Positions 16,880 through 24,769 of a DNA stretch of 64,000 nucleotides are shown one piece after another. The translations under genes and the position numbers were made by a program. The notes under the pieces were generated by a model. It was not told where the DNA came from. It saw only the letters and a program-made list of their open reading frames with translations, and searched no databases. The stretch is from Alphaproteobacteria bacterium (lineage in GTDB: Bacteria; Pseudomonadota; Alphaproteobacteria; SMXQ01). The first letter of the stretch is position 1, and the number at the start of each line of letters is the position of its first letter. The stretch is taken from assembly GCA_050485485.1 (NCBI GenBank), contig JBJHBM010000001.1:114916-178915 (forward strand), in the 5' to 3' direction.

Positions 16880-17036
16880 TTGATAATCCTTTCGAGACCC
16901 CACTCCCGACGGTGGACGACCTCCCGTGATGGGAAGGGGTGAGATCGTTTCATTTGTGAAGGTGCCGGGCCCTTGCGGGCGAGGCCTCCCGCCGGTACGC
17001 ATCTCCTTCTGATTTGTGCGTGCCCGGTCGTGAAGG

Positions 17037-17065
17037 ATATTGCGCCACTTTTTCGTTATTCGCAA
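17037..17065 (-). promoter_or_regulatory. Sigma70-like promoter for small protein 1 (TTGCGA-N17-CAATAT, minus-strand sense), giving a ~150-nt leader
   Basis: Read from the sequence. The same architecture, with the downstream leader sequence conserved, is found upstream of small protein 2. Confidence 0.55.
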
Positions 17066-17154
17066 GTAGCTCGAGTCATAGAACAATTATGTAAAACAGT
17101 AAGTTAAGATTATTACTTCAAGCGATTTGTCATAATATGTCTGGCGCCTATCGC

Positions 17155-17187
17155 AGAAAAAAAGAGGCGGGCCGTAAGGCCCGCCTC
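17155..17187 (-). terminator. Rho-independent terminator (minus strand) after small secreted protein 2
   Basis: Minus-strand sense reads GAGGCGGGCCTTACGGCCCGCCTC followed by TTTTTTTCT. Confidence 0.75.
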
Positions 17188-17207
17188 TCCACATCGGAAA
17201 TCCGATG

Positions 17208-17462
17208 TTACTTGCAGGCGATCGCGCTGGCCTCGCCCTCGCCGGTGATCTGGCAGTCCATGCCGGACTTCAGGTCGCCGCGGCCGGCGGGATTGCCGCC
17301 GATGGTGATCTGGGTACGCGATGCGGACACGGTGTAGGTCTTGCCGCCCGCTACAACCTCGCGGCCTTCATTCTTGACCTCGATCTTGGCCGCCATGGCG
17401 CCGCTCGACACCAGCATGGCCGCGGCGAAAACCGAAGATACAAGAGCAGTGGAAATCTTCAT
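17208..17462 (-). CDS. Small secreted protein 2 (84 aa precursor), paralog of small protein 1
   Basis: ATG 17462 after AAAGGA. Signal peptide MKISTALVSSVFAAAMLVSSGAMA. ...RTQITIGGNPAGRGDLKSGMDCQITGEGEASAIACK. Confidence 0.7.
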   Translation of the reverse strand: MKISTALVSSVFAAAMLVSSGAMAAKIEVKNEGREVVAGGKTYTVSASRTQITIGGNPAGRGDLKSGMDCQITGEGEASAIACK

Positions 17463-17594
17463 TTTGGTCGTCCTTTTGAAGCCCCTGCCCAGGGCAGGGG
17501 GACAGTTTTGGAGCATGTAGGCTCAGGCCTTTGCGAGGCTCGGCCTCCCCCCGGGCGTTTGCCGTTTTTGATTATCGGGCGCCCGGTCGGTGAG

Positions 17595-17623
17595 ATATTG
17601 CGCCTTCTCCAAGCCCTCCGCAA
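17595..17623 (-). promoter_or_regulatory. Sigma70-like promoter for small protein 2 (TTGCGG-N17-CAATAT, minus-strand sense)
   Basis: Read from the sequence. It is paralogous to the promoter at 17037..17065, and the first ~35 nt of the leader are conserved (CACGACCGGGC...AATCA). Confidence 0.55.
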
Positions 17624-17757
17624 GCGGGATTATGGGAATGCCGAAAGCCTTAACATACCGTTTTACAGGGACTTTTTTGGACGCCCCTGGGAACTTATGG
17701 GAAGGTGCCGGCCCGGCCAGCGCCTCTCTCGGACATCGCCGGCCCGGCCGGCCTGTT

Positions 17758-18399
17758 TCAATCCGGCCGCAGCCAGGTATCGACCACATAGGTGGTCACG
17801 AACCCCTCGAACAGGATCTGCTGCAGCAGGACGGAGATGATGCCGTACATCACGACCCATGACCCGGCGGTGAGGATCGCCGCGAGCTTCCAGCTCTCGC
17901 GCGCATAGTAGCGCAGGAACGCGAGCATGAAGATCGGGTAGCCGAGCCAGAAGCCGAACAGCAGCACGAGCCCGATCAGGGAGAAGAAGTAGCCGAACAG
18001 CAGCGCCTCGCGCTTGTTGCGGCTGCGCGCGGTCGTGCTCGGGTCCTCCACCAGGGTCTGGAGCTGCGTGCCTTCGGCGACGTCCATGCGGACCTTGCCT
18101 CCGGTGCGCTCCATGATCTCGGCCATGTAGCGCTCGAAGCTGGTGCGCGGGTCGATCTTGCCGCCCTGCTTGTGGTAGTTGTGCACGTCGAGCACGAGCT
18201 GGAGCAGGGTGAGTCCCATGCCCGGTATGCCGATCACGTAGGGCAGGAAGTTGGCGGGCCAGGAATAGCCGTGGGCGATCAGCACCATGCCCGCGAAGAT
18301 GGCGAACATGAGCATGGTAAAGAGCGTGCGTCCGTGAAGCAGGGCCTGCAGCACGGTGGGCTTACGCTCCGCGCCGTCGGTGCGGGGATCAGATGACAT
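17758..18399 (-). CDS. TctB-like small 4-TM subunit of the tripartite tricarboxylate transporter, encoded downstream of tctA
   Basis: ATG 18399 after AAGGAG, overlapping the tctA stop (ATGTCATCTGA). Hydrophobic 4-TM protein. Homologous to the C-terminal domain of the fused TctAB (RESWKL...). Confidence 0.7.
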   Translation of the reverse strand: MSSDPRTDGAERKPTVLQALLHGRTLFTMLMFAIFAGMVLIAHGYSWPANFLPYVIGIPGMGLTLLQLVLDVHNYHKQGGKIDPRTSFERYMAEIMERTGGKVRMDVAEGTQLQTLVEDPSTTARSRNKREALLFGYFFSLIGLVLLFGFWLGYPIFMLAFLRYYARESWKLAAILTAGSWVVMYGIISVLLQQILFEGFVTTYVVDTWLRPD

Positions 18400-19897
18400 G
18401 GCCGAGCTCCTTCTGGCTGTCCCTGTAGCCGCGGAAGATTGCATAGGCGATGGTGACCGAGATTAGCCCCATCAGGACGAGCGAAAGCGGGCGGGCGAAG
18501 AAGTCCCAGCCCCACAGCGCCCAGGCCTTGTGGAGCGAATCCTCGGCGATCGAGCCGAGCACGATGCCGATGGCGAAGGGCGGGCGCGGCCAGTCGTACT
18601 TGAGAAGGCCGTAGCCGATCACGCTCAGGATCGCGAGCAGGACCAGGTTCTCCCACTGGCCCTTGGCCAGCAGCACGCCGAACACCACCACCACCAGCAC
18701 GAACGGGATCATGATGCCGCCGCGCAGGAAGGTGAGGAACGCCACCCAGCGGGTGATGAACAGCAGGATGATGACGGCGATGATGTTGGAGATCACCAGC
18801 GCCCAGATCAGGATCCACACGAGGTCGAGCTGCTGGGTCAGCATCATCGGTCCGGGCTGGATGCCGAGGATCAGGAACGCGCCGAGCAGGATCGCCATGC
18901 CGGAGGAGCCGGGCACGCCGAAGAACAGGGTGGGGAGCAGCGAGCCGCCCTCCTTGGAGTTGGTGGCCGATTCCGGCGCGATTACGCCGCGCACGTCGCC
19001 CTTGCCGAAGGTCTCCGGGTTGCGGCAGCTTTGGACCGCGTGGCCGTAGCAGATCCACGCCGCCGCCGAGCCGCCGAGGCCCGGCAGGATGCCGATGAAC
19101 GCCCCGATCATGGAGCACCGGAACATCAGCCACATGTGGCGGAAGGTCTCCATCATGCCCTTCCACTGGGCCCGCACGCCGGTATCGGCCATGTCGCGGG
19201 AGATTGCCGAGATCGCGCCGCCCTTGACCCCGAGGTGGATCATCTCCGGCACCGCGAACAGCGCGAGGACCGCGGTGATCAGGTCGACGCCGTCCCACAG
19301 GAACAGGAAATCTCCCGAGTAGCGCGCGATGCCGGTCTGTGGGTCCATGCCGACGAATGCCAGCATCATGCCGTAGAGGCCCACCACGATGCCCTTGAAG
19401 ATGGCAGAGCCCGACACGAAGGCGACGAAGGTGATGCCGAGCAGGGCGAGGAAGAAGAATTCGGCGGGCGAGAACTTGAGCACGATCGGCTCAATCACGG
19501 GGATCAGCACCGCCAGCACCGCGGCGCCGAGGATGCCCCCTATGCCTGAGGCCATCAGGCTCGCGCCGAGCGCCATGCCTGCCTGGCCCTTCTGCGCCAG
19601 CGGGTAGCCGTCGACGATGGTGGCGGCGTCGTCGCCGGTGCCCGGCACCCCGAACATGATCGACGATATCTGCCCCGCCGTCCCGGTGACGGCGTGCATG
19701 GACAGCAGGAACACCGCGCCCGCGATCATTTCCTGTCCGAACACAAACGGGATCATTATCGCGATCGCAAGTCTTCCGCCGAGTCCGGGCACGGCCCCGA
19801 AGAAGATGCCGATACAGGTGCCGAAGATCATCATCCACAGCACGTACGGCGATGTCATCAAATGCACGAGCGTGCCAAAGATCACATCTATGGACAT
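18389..19897 (-). CDS. TctA large permease subunit of the tripartite tricarboxylate transporter
   Basis: 502 aa with GVPGTGDDAATIVDGYPLAQKGQAG, ETFGKGDVRGVIAPES and GGSLLPTLFFGVPGSSGMAILLGAF. The family's internal duplicated structure is present. Confidence 0.9.
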   Translation of the reverse strand: MSIDVIFGTLVHLMTSPYVLWMMIFGTCIGIFFGAVPGLGGRLAIAIMIPFVFGQEMIAGAVFLLSMHAVTGTAGQISSIMFGVPGTGDDAATIVDGYPLAQKGQAGMALGASLMASGIGGILGAAVLAVLIPVIEPIVLKFSPAEFFFLALLGITFVAFVSGSAIFKGIVVGLYGMMLAFVGMDPQTGIARYSGDFLFLWDGVDLITAVLALFAVPEMIHLGVKGGAISAISRDMADTGVRAQWKGMMETFRHMWLMFRCSMIGAFIGILPGLGGSAAAWICYGHAVQSCRNPETFGKGDVRGVIAPESATNSKEGGSLLPTLFFGVPGSSGMAILLGAFLILGIQPGPMMLTQQLDLVWILIWALVISNIIAVIILLFITRWVAFLTFLRGGIMIPFVLVVVVFGVLLAKGQWENLVLLAILSVIGYGLLKYDWPRPPFAIGIVLGSIAEDSLHKAWALWGWDFFARPLSLVLMGLISVTIAYAIFRGYRDSQKELGHVI

Positions 19898-19930
19898 CGT
19901 CCATTGTCCCCCAATTGTATAGCCTCGCCC

Positions 19931-19973
19931 GACACAAAACGGGCGGCGGGGCGAAAGTCGCCCGCGCCGCCCG
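19931..19973 (-). terminator. Rho-independent terminator (minus strand) after the cupin genes
   Basis: Minus-strand sense reads CGGGCGGCGCGGGCGACTTTCGCCCCGCCGCCCG followed by TTTTGTGT. Confidence 0.6.
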
Positions 19974-20028
19974 CGTGTCGTTATCAGTTCATTCGCGCTG
20001 TTTTTATCATGCGCGTTTCATTTTCAGG

Positions 20029-20592
20029 TCAGGCCTTAACGTTCTCGAACCCCTGGGCGTTTTCCAGCTGTTCGAACCAGTCGAAGCCCATTTTCTTGAT
20101 GATGCGGCTGTTGATGACGACGACCCGCGCTTCGTTCTTCGGATCGGCGTTGACGCGCTGATGGATGACGTAGGGTGGGACATAGACGAAGTCGCCTTCC
20201 TTCCACTCGAACTTCTTGGGCTCCTTCTCCCAGTCCCACTCGAATTCGTCCTTGCAGTCGAAGATCACGTCCCAGTGGAGATCGTAGCCGCGGCCTTCGA
20301 CCACGTACATGATCTCCTCGGTCAGGTGGCGACTCTTGCCGGTGGACTTGCCGGGCTCGATGAACTGCATGTAGGCGTCGATGCACATCTCCGCCGTGCC
20401 CATCTTCTCGTGGATGATGTGCTTGATGAGGCCGTCGGGCGAGCGCTCCATCGGCATCTCGTGGGCCTTCACCACTTTCTTGGCCTTGGTCTTGTACTGC
20501 TGGCGGAAGGCCGCCGATTCCTTGAGGTTCTCGAGGTAGAACGAGCAGTTCTTGTCGCTGCGCGCCTTGGCTTTTTCGTCTGCGAACGCCAT
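20029..20592 (-). CDS. Cupin-domain protein (Trp/Lys-rich), possibly the C-terminal half of a split bicupin dioxygenase
   Basis: 187 aa. The cupin core is GKSRHLTEEIMYVVEGRGYDLHWD...WKEGDFVYVPPYVIHQRVN. RBS GGGAGAG. Confidence 0.65.
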   Translation of the reverse strand: MAFADEKAKARSDKNCSFYLENLKESAAFRQQYKTKAKKVVKAHEMPMERSPDGLIKHIIHEKMGTAEMCIDAYMQFIEPGKSTGKSRHLTEEIMYVVEGRGYDLHWDVIFDCKDEFEWDWEKEPKKFEWKEGDFVYVPPYVIHQRVNADPKNEARVVVINSRIIKKMGFDWFEQLENAQGFENVKA

Positions 20593-20654
20593 CTGACTGG
20601 TCTCTCCCTTGCTTCGGCCGCGGGCGGCCGAGTCCTTAGTCTTTCCCGATGCGG

Positions 20655-21257
20655 TTACAGGTTGGTGGGCGGGGTCCAGCTCTCCTGGCCCGGCGCGGGG
20701 GTCTTCGGCGGATACTCCACCATCTTCTGGAACAGCATGTGCATGAACAGGAACAGCGGCTTCGCCTTCATGATGAGCACCGCCGCGAATTCCTTGGGAT
20801 CGTCATTGAAATGCTGGTGGACGCAGCCGTTCTCGACGATGCAGGCGTCGCCCGCGCTCCAGGGATAGCTGATGCCGTCATGGACGTCGTGCCCGTTGCC
20901 CTTGAGGACGAAGAACACGGCGGAGTTCATGTGGCCGTGCTTCTGGCCGTGGCCGCCGGGGGAATAGCAGTCCAGGTGGCATTCGATCGACTGGGCGATC
21001 TCGACCGCCTGCGGGTTGACGATCTTCTTGCCGTAGTTCTGGGGGCCGCCCTTCCATTTCCAGTCGCCGTGCGAGTAGATGCGGGGCTGGGCGTAGAGGC
21101 TCTTGTAGACCTCGCCGTAGGTGCCCTCGAGCGCGCGCACGAAGGTGCGCTTCTTCTGCCAGCGCTCCCACACCACTTCCTTGCCTTCGTTGTGGCCGGG
21201 CTCGCCCGGTTTCACGTAGGTATCGGTCTCTTTCTGGCTGATTGTCTCGTCAGGCAC
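20655..21257 (-). CDS. Cupin-domain protein with His-rich metal site, possibly the N-terminal half of a split bicupin dioxygenase
   Basis: GTG start at 21257 after GGAG. The 81 codons upstream within the long ORF use rare ATA/TCA/AGA codons and are judged non-coding. GGHGQKHGHMNSAVFFVLKGNGHDVHDGISYPWSAGDACIVENGCVHQHFN. Confidence 0.6.
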   Translation of the reverse strand: MPDETISQKETDTYVKPGEPGHNEGKEVVWERWQKKRTFVRALEGTYGEVYKSLYAQPRIYSHGDWKWKGGPQNYGKKIVNPQAVEIAQSIECHLDCYSPGGHGQKHGHMNSAVFFVLKGNGHDVHDGISYPWSAGDACIVENGCVHQHFNDDPKEFAAVLIMKAKPLFLFMHMLFQKMVEYPPKTPAPGQESWTPPTNL

Positions 21258-21527
21258 GTCGCGTACTCCATGGAATGGCCACAAAGCATAATATCGTATG
21301 CCATGCGGGGATGTCGAACCGGGCGGGGCGAGGCTTGGCGATCTTGATATTATGCGCGGCCGCCGGACGGAAAGCCGACTCATAGCCCATTCCGTCGGTG
21401 CCCGCCATAGGGATTGAGCGCGGCGTGCGGCGCGATCGGCCGCGCTTTGCAAGGGCTTCGGCATCGGTTATGAGCCTTTCCGACCCGGTGTCCCGCACGG
21501 GGTGCCGCCTGCCGACCCGGAGAACCG

Positions 21528-22799
21528 ATGGCCGATACCGATTCCCCCAATCCGGACACGTCCGGCGGCCGCGCCCGGCCCCTGTCGGGGCGGGCCGCCG
21601 TGGGCATCTACGGCACTGCCTTCTTCAGCCTGTCGATGGTGCCGATGTCCTCGGTGCTGGTGCCGCTGTGGATGGTGTCGCTCGGCGCCACCCCGCTGAT
21701 GATCGGGATCGCCATCGGCATGCGCTCGTTTCTGCCCCTGCTGCTCTCGATTCACGGTGGGGTTTTGATGGACCGGCTGGGCGCGCGCCGGGTCACGCTC
21801 GCGGTGGCGGCGGTGACGGTGCTGCTGTTCCCGGCCTATCCGCTGATGCCCTGGTTCCTCGCTATCGTCGTGCTGCAGTCTGTCTTCGGCCTCACCCAGG
21901 GGCTGTGCTGGGTCGGCTCGCAGACCTTCTACGGCAACCAGATGCGCGGCAACGCGGGCGCCGCCGGCCGGTTGGTGTTCTTCTCCAACGGCGGCTGCTT
22001 CGCCGGGCCCCTGATCCTGGGCGCGGTAACCGAGCATCTCGGTGCCCACGCGGGATTCGGCCTCTTGTGCCTGTGGGCGGCGGCGATGGTGCTGTTCACC
22101 CTGCTGGTGCCCGAGACGCCTGGCACCGCGGCCGGGGAAGGGGAGCGGTGCACCGGCGCTTCCGGCTGGCGGGCCCTGGTGCCGCGCCTCGCCGATTACC
22201 GTTCGGCCATCGCGCTGTGCGTGGTGCCGGTGGTCATGATGGTGATGGTATTCACCTTCATTCGCATCGCCAACGCGAGCGTGCAGACCTCGTTCTATGT
22301 GGTGTACCTGGGCGAGATCCGCATGGGCGAGACCCTGATCGGCGCGCTGCTCGGCGTCACCAACCTGGTCGCCACCCTGACGCCGCCGCTGATTCAGCCG
22401 CTCGAGCGCCGCATTCCGGCGCTGTGGGTGCTGGTCGGGGCGACCGTCGCCACCATCGTGTTCATGGGGATCACGCCGCTGCTCACCTCGTTTTGGCTGC
22501 TGCTGCTGGCGGGCGCGCTCTACGGCGCGGGCGTGGGGCTCGGTTTCCCCAACCTTTTGATTCTGCTGTCGCGCGCGATCCCGGCCGGGGAGCAGGGCAA
22601 GAGCGTGGGGCTGCGCACCTCGGTCAACCGCGCGGCCTCGCTGGTGGTGCCGGTGGTGATGGGGGCGGTGGCCGAGGCCTTCGGAATCGGGCCGAGCTTC
22701 GCCGTGGTGGCGGTGGCGCTGCTGGCCGCGACCGCGGTCACGACCCAGTGGGTGGCGCGCCATCCGGGGCTCGCAGGAATCACCCGGACCACCCGGTAA
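21528..22799 (+). CDS. Major facilitator superfamily transporter
   Basis: 423 aa with 12 predicted TM segments, MFS-like loops (GGVLMDRLGARR) and two symmetric halves. Divergent from the cupin genes. Confidence 0.8.
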   Translation: MADTDSPNPDTSGGRARPLSGRAAVGIYGTAFFSLSMVPMSSVLVPLWMVSLGATPLMIGIAIGMRSFLPLLLSIHGGVLMDRLGARRVTLAVAAVTVLLFPAYPLMPWFLAIVVLQSVFGLTQGLCWVGSQTFYGNQMRGNAGAAGRLVFFSNGGCFAGPLILGAVTEHLGAHAGFGLLCLWAAAMVLFTLLVPETPGTAAGEGERCTGASGWRALVPRLADYRSAIALCVVPVVMMVMVFTFIRIANASVQTSFYVVYLGEIRMGETLIGALLGVTNLVATLTPPLIQPLERRIPALWVLVGATVATIVFMGITPLLTSFWLLLLAGALYGAGVGLGFPNLLILLSRAIPAGEQGKSVGLRTSVNRAASLVVPVVMGAVAEAFGIGPSFAVVAVALLAATAVTTQWVARHPGLAGITRTTR

Positions 22800-23025
22800 A
22801 AACTCTAAAAATCCCCCCCTAAATCCGAGGTTAATCTCCTTGCCAGCGGGGGGTGCGGTTGTTACCGTCGACCCGTTTCCGGCGGGGCCGAGGGAGGCAG
22901 GCGCGACGCCGCCGGGAAGCGCAAGGGGGTCCCCTCACGAGACAGGTCCGGGTCAACCGGGCGAACGGCCTGCTGGGCGCACCCGCACGTGGCGCGGGCG
23001 CGCAGGGAGAACGGAGCTCGACCGC

Positions 23026-24369
23026 GTGCCAAGGCCCGATGCCAGGTTCGCAGCCCTGAGGACGCGCCTGCGCGGGCCGGCGCGGCGCCTCCGCGCCGCC
23101 CTCGCCGCGCCGTTCGTCGAGCGCCAGGTCCTGATCCGCGCCGACGGCCGGGTCCGGGCCGCGACCCTGGGGCCCCGCCTGCAGGCCGTCCTGCTCGTCC
23201 TTGCGGTCGCGACCGGCGCGTGGCTGGTCCACGCCTCGGTGGCGCGCATCGAGAGCGAGGGCGCGATCGCCGCCAAGGACCGCGAGATCGGCGCCCTCAA
23301 GCTCGCCTTCCGTAGCCTGCGCAACGACGTCGACCGCTCCGAGGCGCGCCTCAAGGCGCTGGCGCGCACCCTCGAGGCCAAGCACGCCCACCTGGTCGCC
23401 CTGCTCGGGCCCGAGGCCCTCGGCCCCGACGCCGCCCGCACCCTCGGCCTCGCGGAGGGCGACGACGCCCGTGCCCGCATCCAGGCGACCCGCAGCGAGC
23501 TCCTGGCCCAGCTCGGCGCCCTCGAGCTGGTGATGGAGGGGACCGCGCGCGCCGAGGGGCGCGACGACCGCGCCCGCGCCGCCGTGGAGGAGCGCCTGCG
23601 CCTCGGCGCCGCCGAGCGCACCCGCCTCGACCGCGACCGGCGCGAGCTGATCGCGCGCCTCGAGGCGCTGGAGGAGCGCCTCGCCGCCCTCAACCTGTCC
23701 CAGCGCGGCGTCGCCGCCCGCATGGCCGAGCGCACCGGCGACCAGGACGGGCGCATCAAGGAACTGATCGCCTCGGCCGGCGTCAACGTCGATGCCCTGC
23801 TCGCGCGCCTCGCCGTCGAGCCCGGCGGCGGCGCCGGTGGCCCCTTCATCGCCGCCGACGCGGCGACGCCCGCGGCGCGCGCCGTGCCCGCCAGCATCGG
23901 CAGCCTCGACCGCCACCTCGAAGACCTCGGCAACGTCCGCAAGCTCGCGCGCATCCTGCCGCTGGCCGCGCCCTCGGACCATTTCTACGTCTCCAGCACC
24001 TTCGGCAAGCGGCGCGACCCGCTCAACGGCCGCTGGGCGGCCCATTACGGCGTCGATCTCGCCGGCGTCCACCGCTCGCCGGTCCTCGCCACCGCGCCGG
24101 GCACCGTCACCTATGTCGGCTGGAACGGCAATTACGGCCGCATGGTGGAGATCGACCACGGCATGGGCATCCGCACCCGCTACGCGCATCTCCACCGCAT
24201 CCTCGTCAACGGGGGCCAGCAGGTGGACCTGCGCGACAAGGTGGGGGAGATGGGCTCGACCGGCCGCTCCTCCGGCACTCATGTCCATTACGAGGTGCTG
24301 GTCAACGGCCAGCCCAGGGACCCGGTCAGGTTCATGCAGGCAGGTGAACATGTTCTCAAAGGATTCTAA
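23026..24369 (+). CDS. M23/LytM-family metallopeptidase with N-terminal TM segment and long coiled-coil; start codon uncertain (ORF begins 22840)
   Basis: C-terminal M23 signatures HYGVDLAG...YVGWNGNYGRMVEIDHGMGIRTRYAHL...GEMGSTGRSSGTHVHYEV. N-terminal LQAVLLVLAVATGAWLV TM segment, then an Ala/Arg/Glu/Leu-rich coiled-coil. Confidence 0.8.
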   Translation: MPRPDARFAALRTRLRGPARRLRAALAAPFVERQVLIRADGRVRAATLGPRLQAVLLVLAVATGAWLVHASVARIESEGAIAAKDREIGALKLAFRSLRNDVDRSEARLKALARTLEAKHAHLVALLGPEALGPDAARTLGLAEGDDARARIQATRSELLAQLGALELVMEGTARAEGRDDRARAAVEERLRLGAAERTRLDRDRRELIARLEALEERLAALNLSQRGVAARMAERTGDQDGRIKELIASAGVNVDALLARLAVEPGGGAGGPFIAADAATPAARAVPASIGSLDRHLEDLGNVRKLARILPLAAPSDHFYVSSTFGKRRDPLNGRWAAHYGVDLAGVHRSPVLATAPGTVTYVGWNGNYGRMVEIDHGMGIRTRYAHLHRILVNGGQQVDLRDKVGEMGSTGRSSGTHVHYEVLVNGQPRDPVRFMQAGEHVLKGF

Positions 24370-24769
24370 GGGCAGCACGTCGGACGGGCGCGACCGCGTG
24401 CCGTCCATCATCAGCACGAGCCTGCGCATCGTCGGCGACCTCGTCTCGGACGGCGACGTCCAGGTGGACGGCATGATCGAGGGCGACGTCAAGGCGCGCT
24501 CCGTCACCGTCAGCGAAGGCGCCGCCGTGCGCGGCCAGATCGCCGCCGATAAGGTCTGCATCCGCGGCGAGGTCCACGGCCAGGTGACGGCGGGGAACGT
24601 GGAGCTCGGGCGGACCTGCCGCGTGATCGGCGACATCGTGCATCAAAGCCTGAGCATCGAGGCGGGGGCCTTCCTGGAAGGCTATTGCCGCCATCCCGAC
24701 CGGCCCGCGCCGCTGTCCTCGGCACCTGCGCCGGACTCCAAGGAGGCCGTGCGCCCCGTTTCAGCCTGA
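24350..24769 (+). CDS. Bactofilin (polymer-forming cytoskeletal protein, DUF583/CcmA family)
   Basis: ATG 24350 after AGGTGA, overlapping the M23 gene end by 20 nt. 139 aa with beta-helical G-rich repeats (VGDLVSDGDVQVDGMIEGDVKARSVTVSEGAAVRGQIAADKVCIRGEVHGQVTAGNVELG) and a Pro-rich tail. Confidence 0.75.
   Translation: MFSKDSKGSTSDGRDRVPSIISTSLRIVGDLVSDGDVQVDGMIEGDVKARSVTVSEGAAVRGQIAADKVCIRGEVHGQVTAGNVELGRTCRVIGDIVHQSLSIEAGAFLEGYCRHPDRPAPLSSAPAPDSKEAVRPVSA

Noticed and set aside
18279-19549. ORFs 18279..19298 (-) and 18530..19549 (+)
   Set aside because: Alternative frames or antisense of tctA.
20655-21464. Full 269-aa extent of the cupin ORF starting at ATG 21464
   Set aside because: The first 69 codons use rare ATA/TCA/AGA/CGA codons and give a Ser/Arg/Pro-rich peptide. 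A GTG with an RBS at 21257 begins the conserved cupin, so the upstream part is treated as promoter and leader.
21398-22822. 474-aa plus-strand ORF and 431-aa minus-strand ORF overlapping the MFS gene
   Set aside because: The MFS frame (21528..22799) gives a 12-TM hydrophobic protein. The others are Arg/Gly/Pro-rich.
22831-24636. 601-aa minus-strand ORF and 22953..23954 (-)
   Set aside because: Antisense to the M23 peptidase and bactofilin genes.
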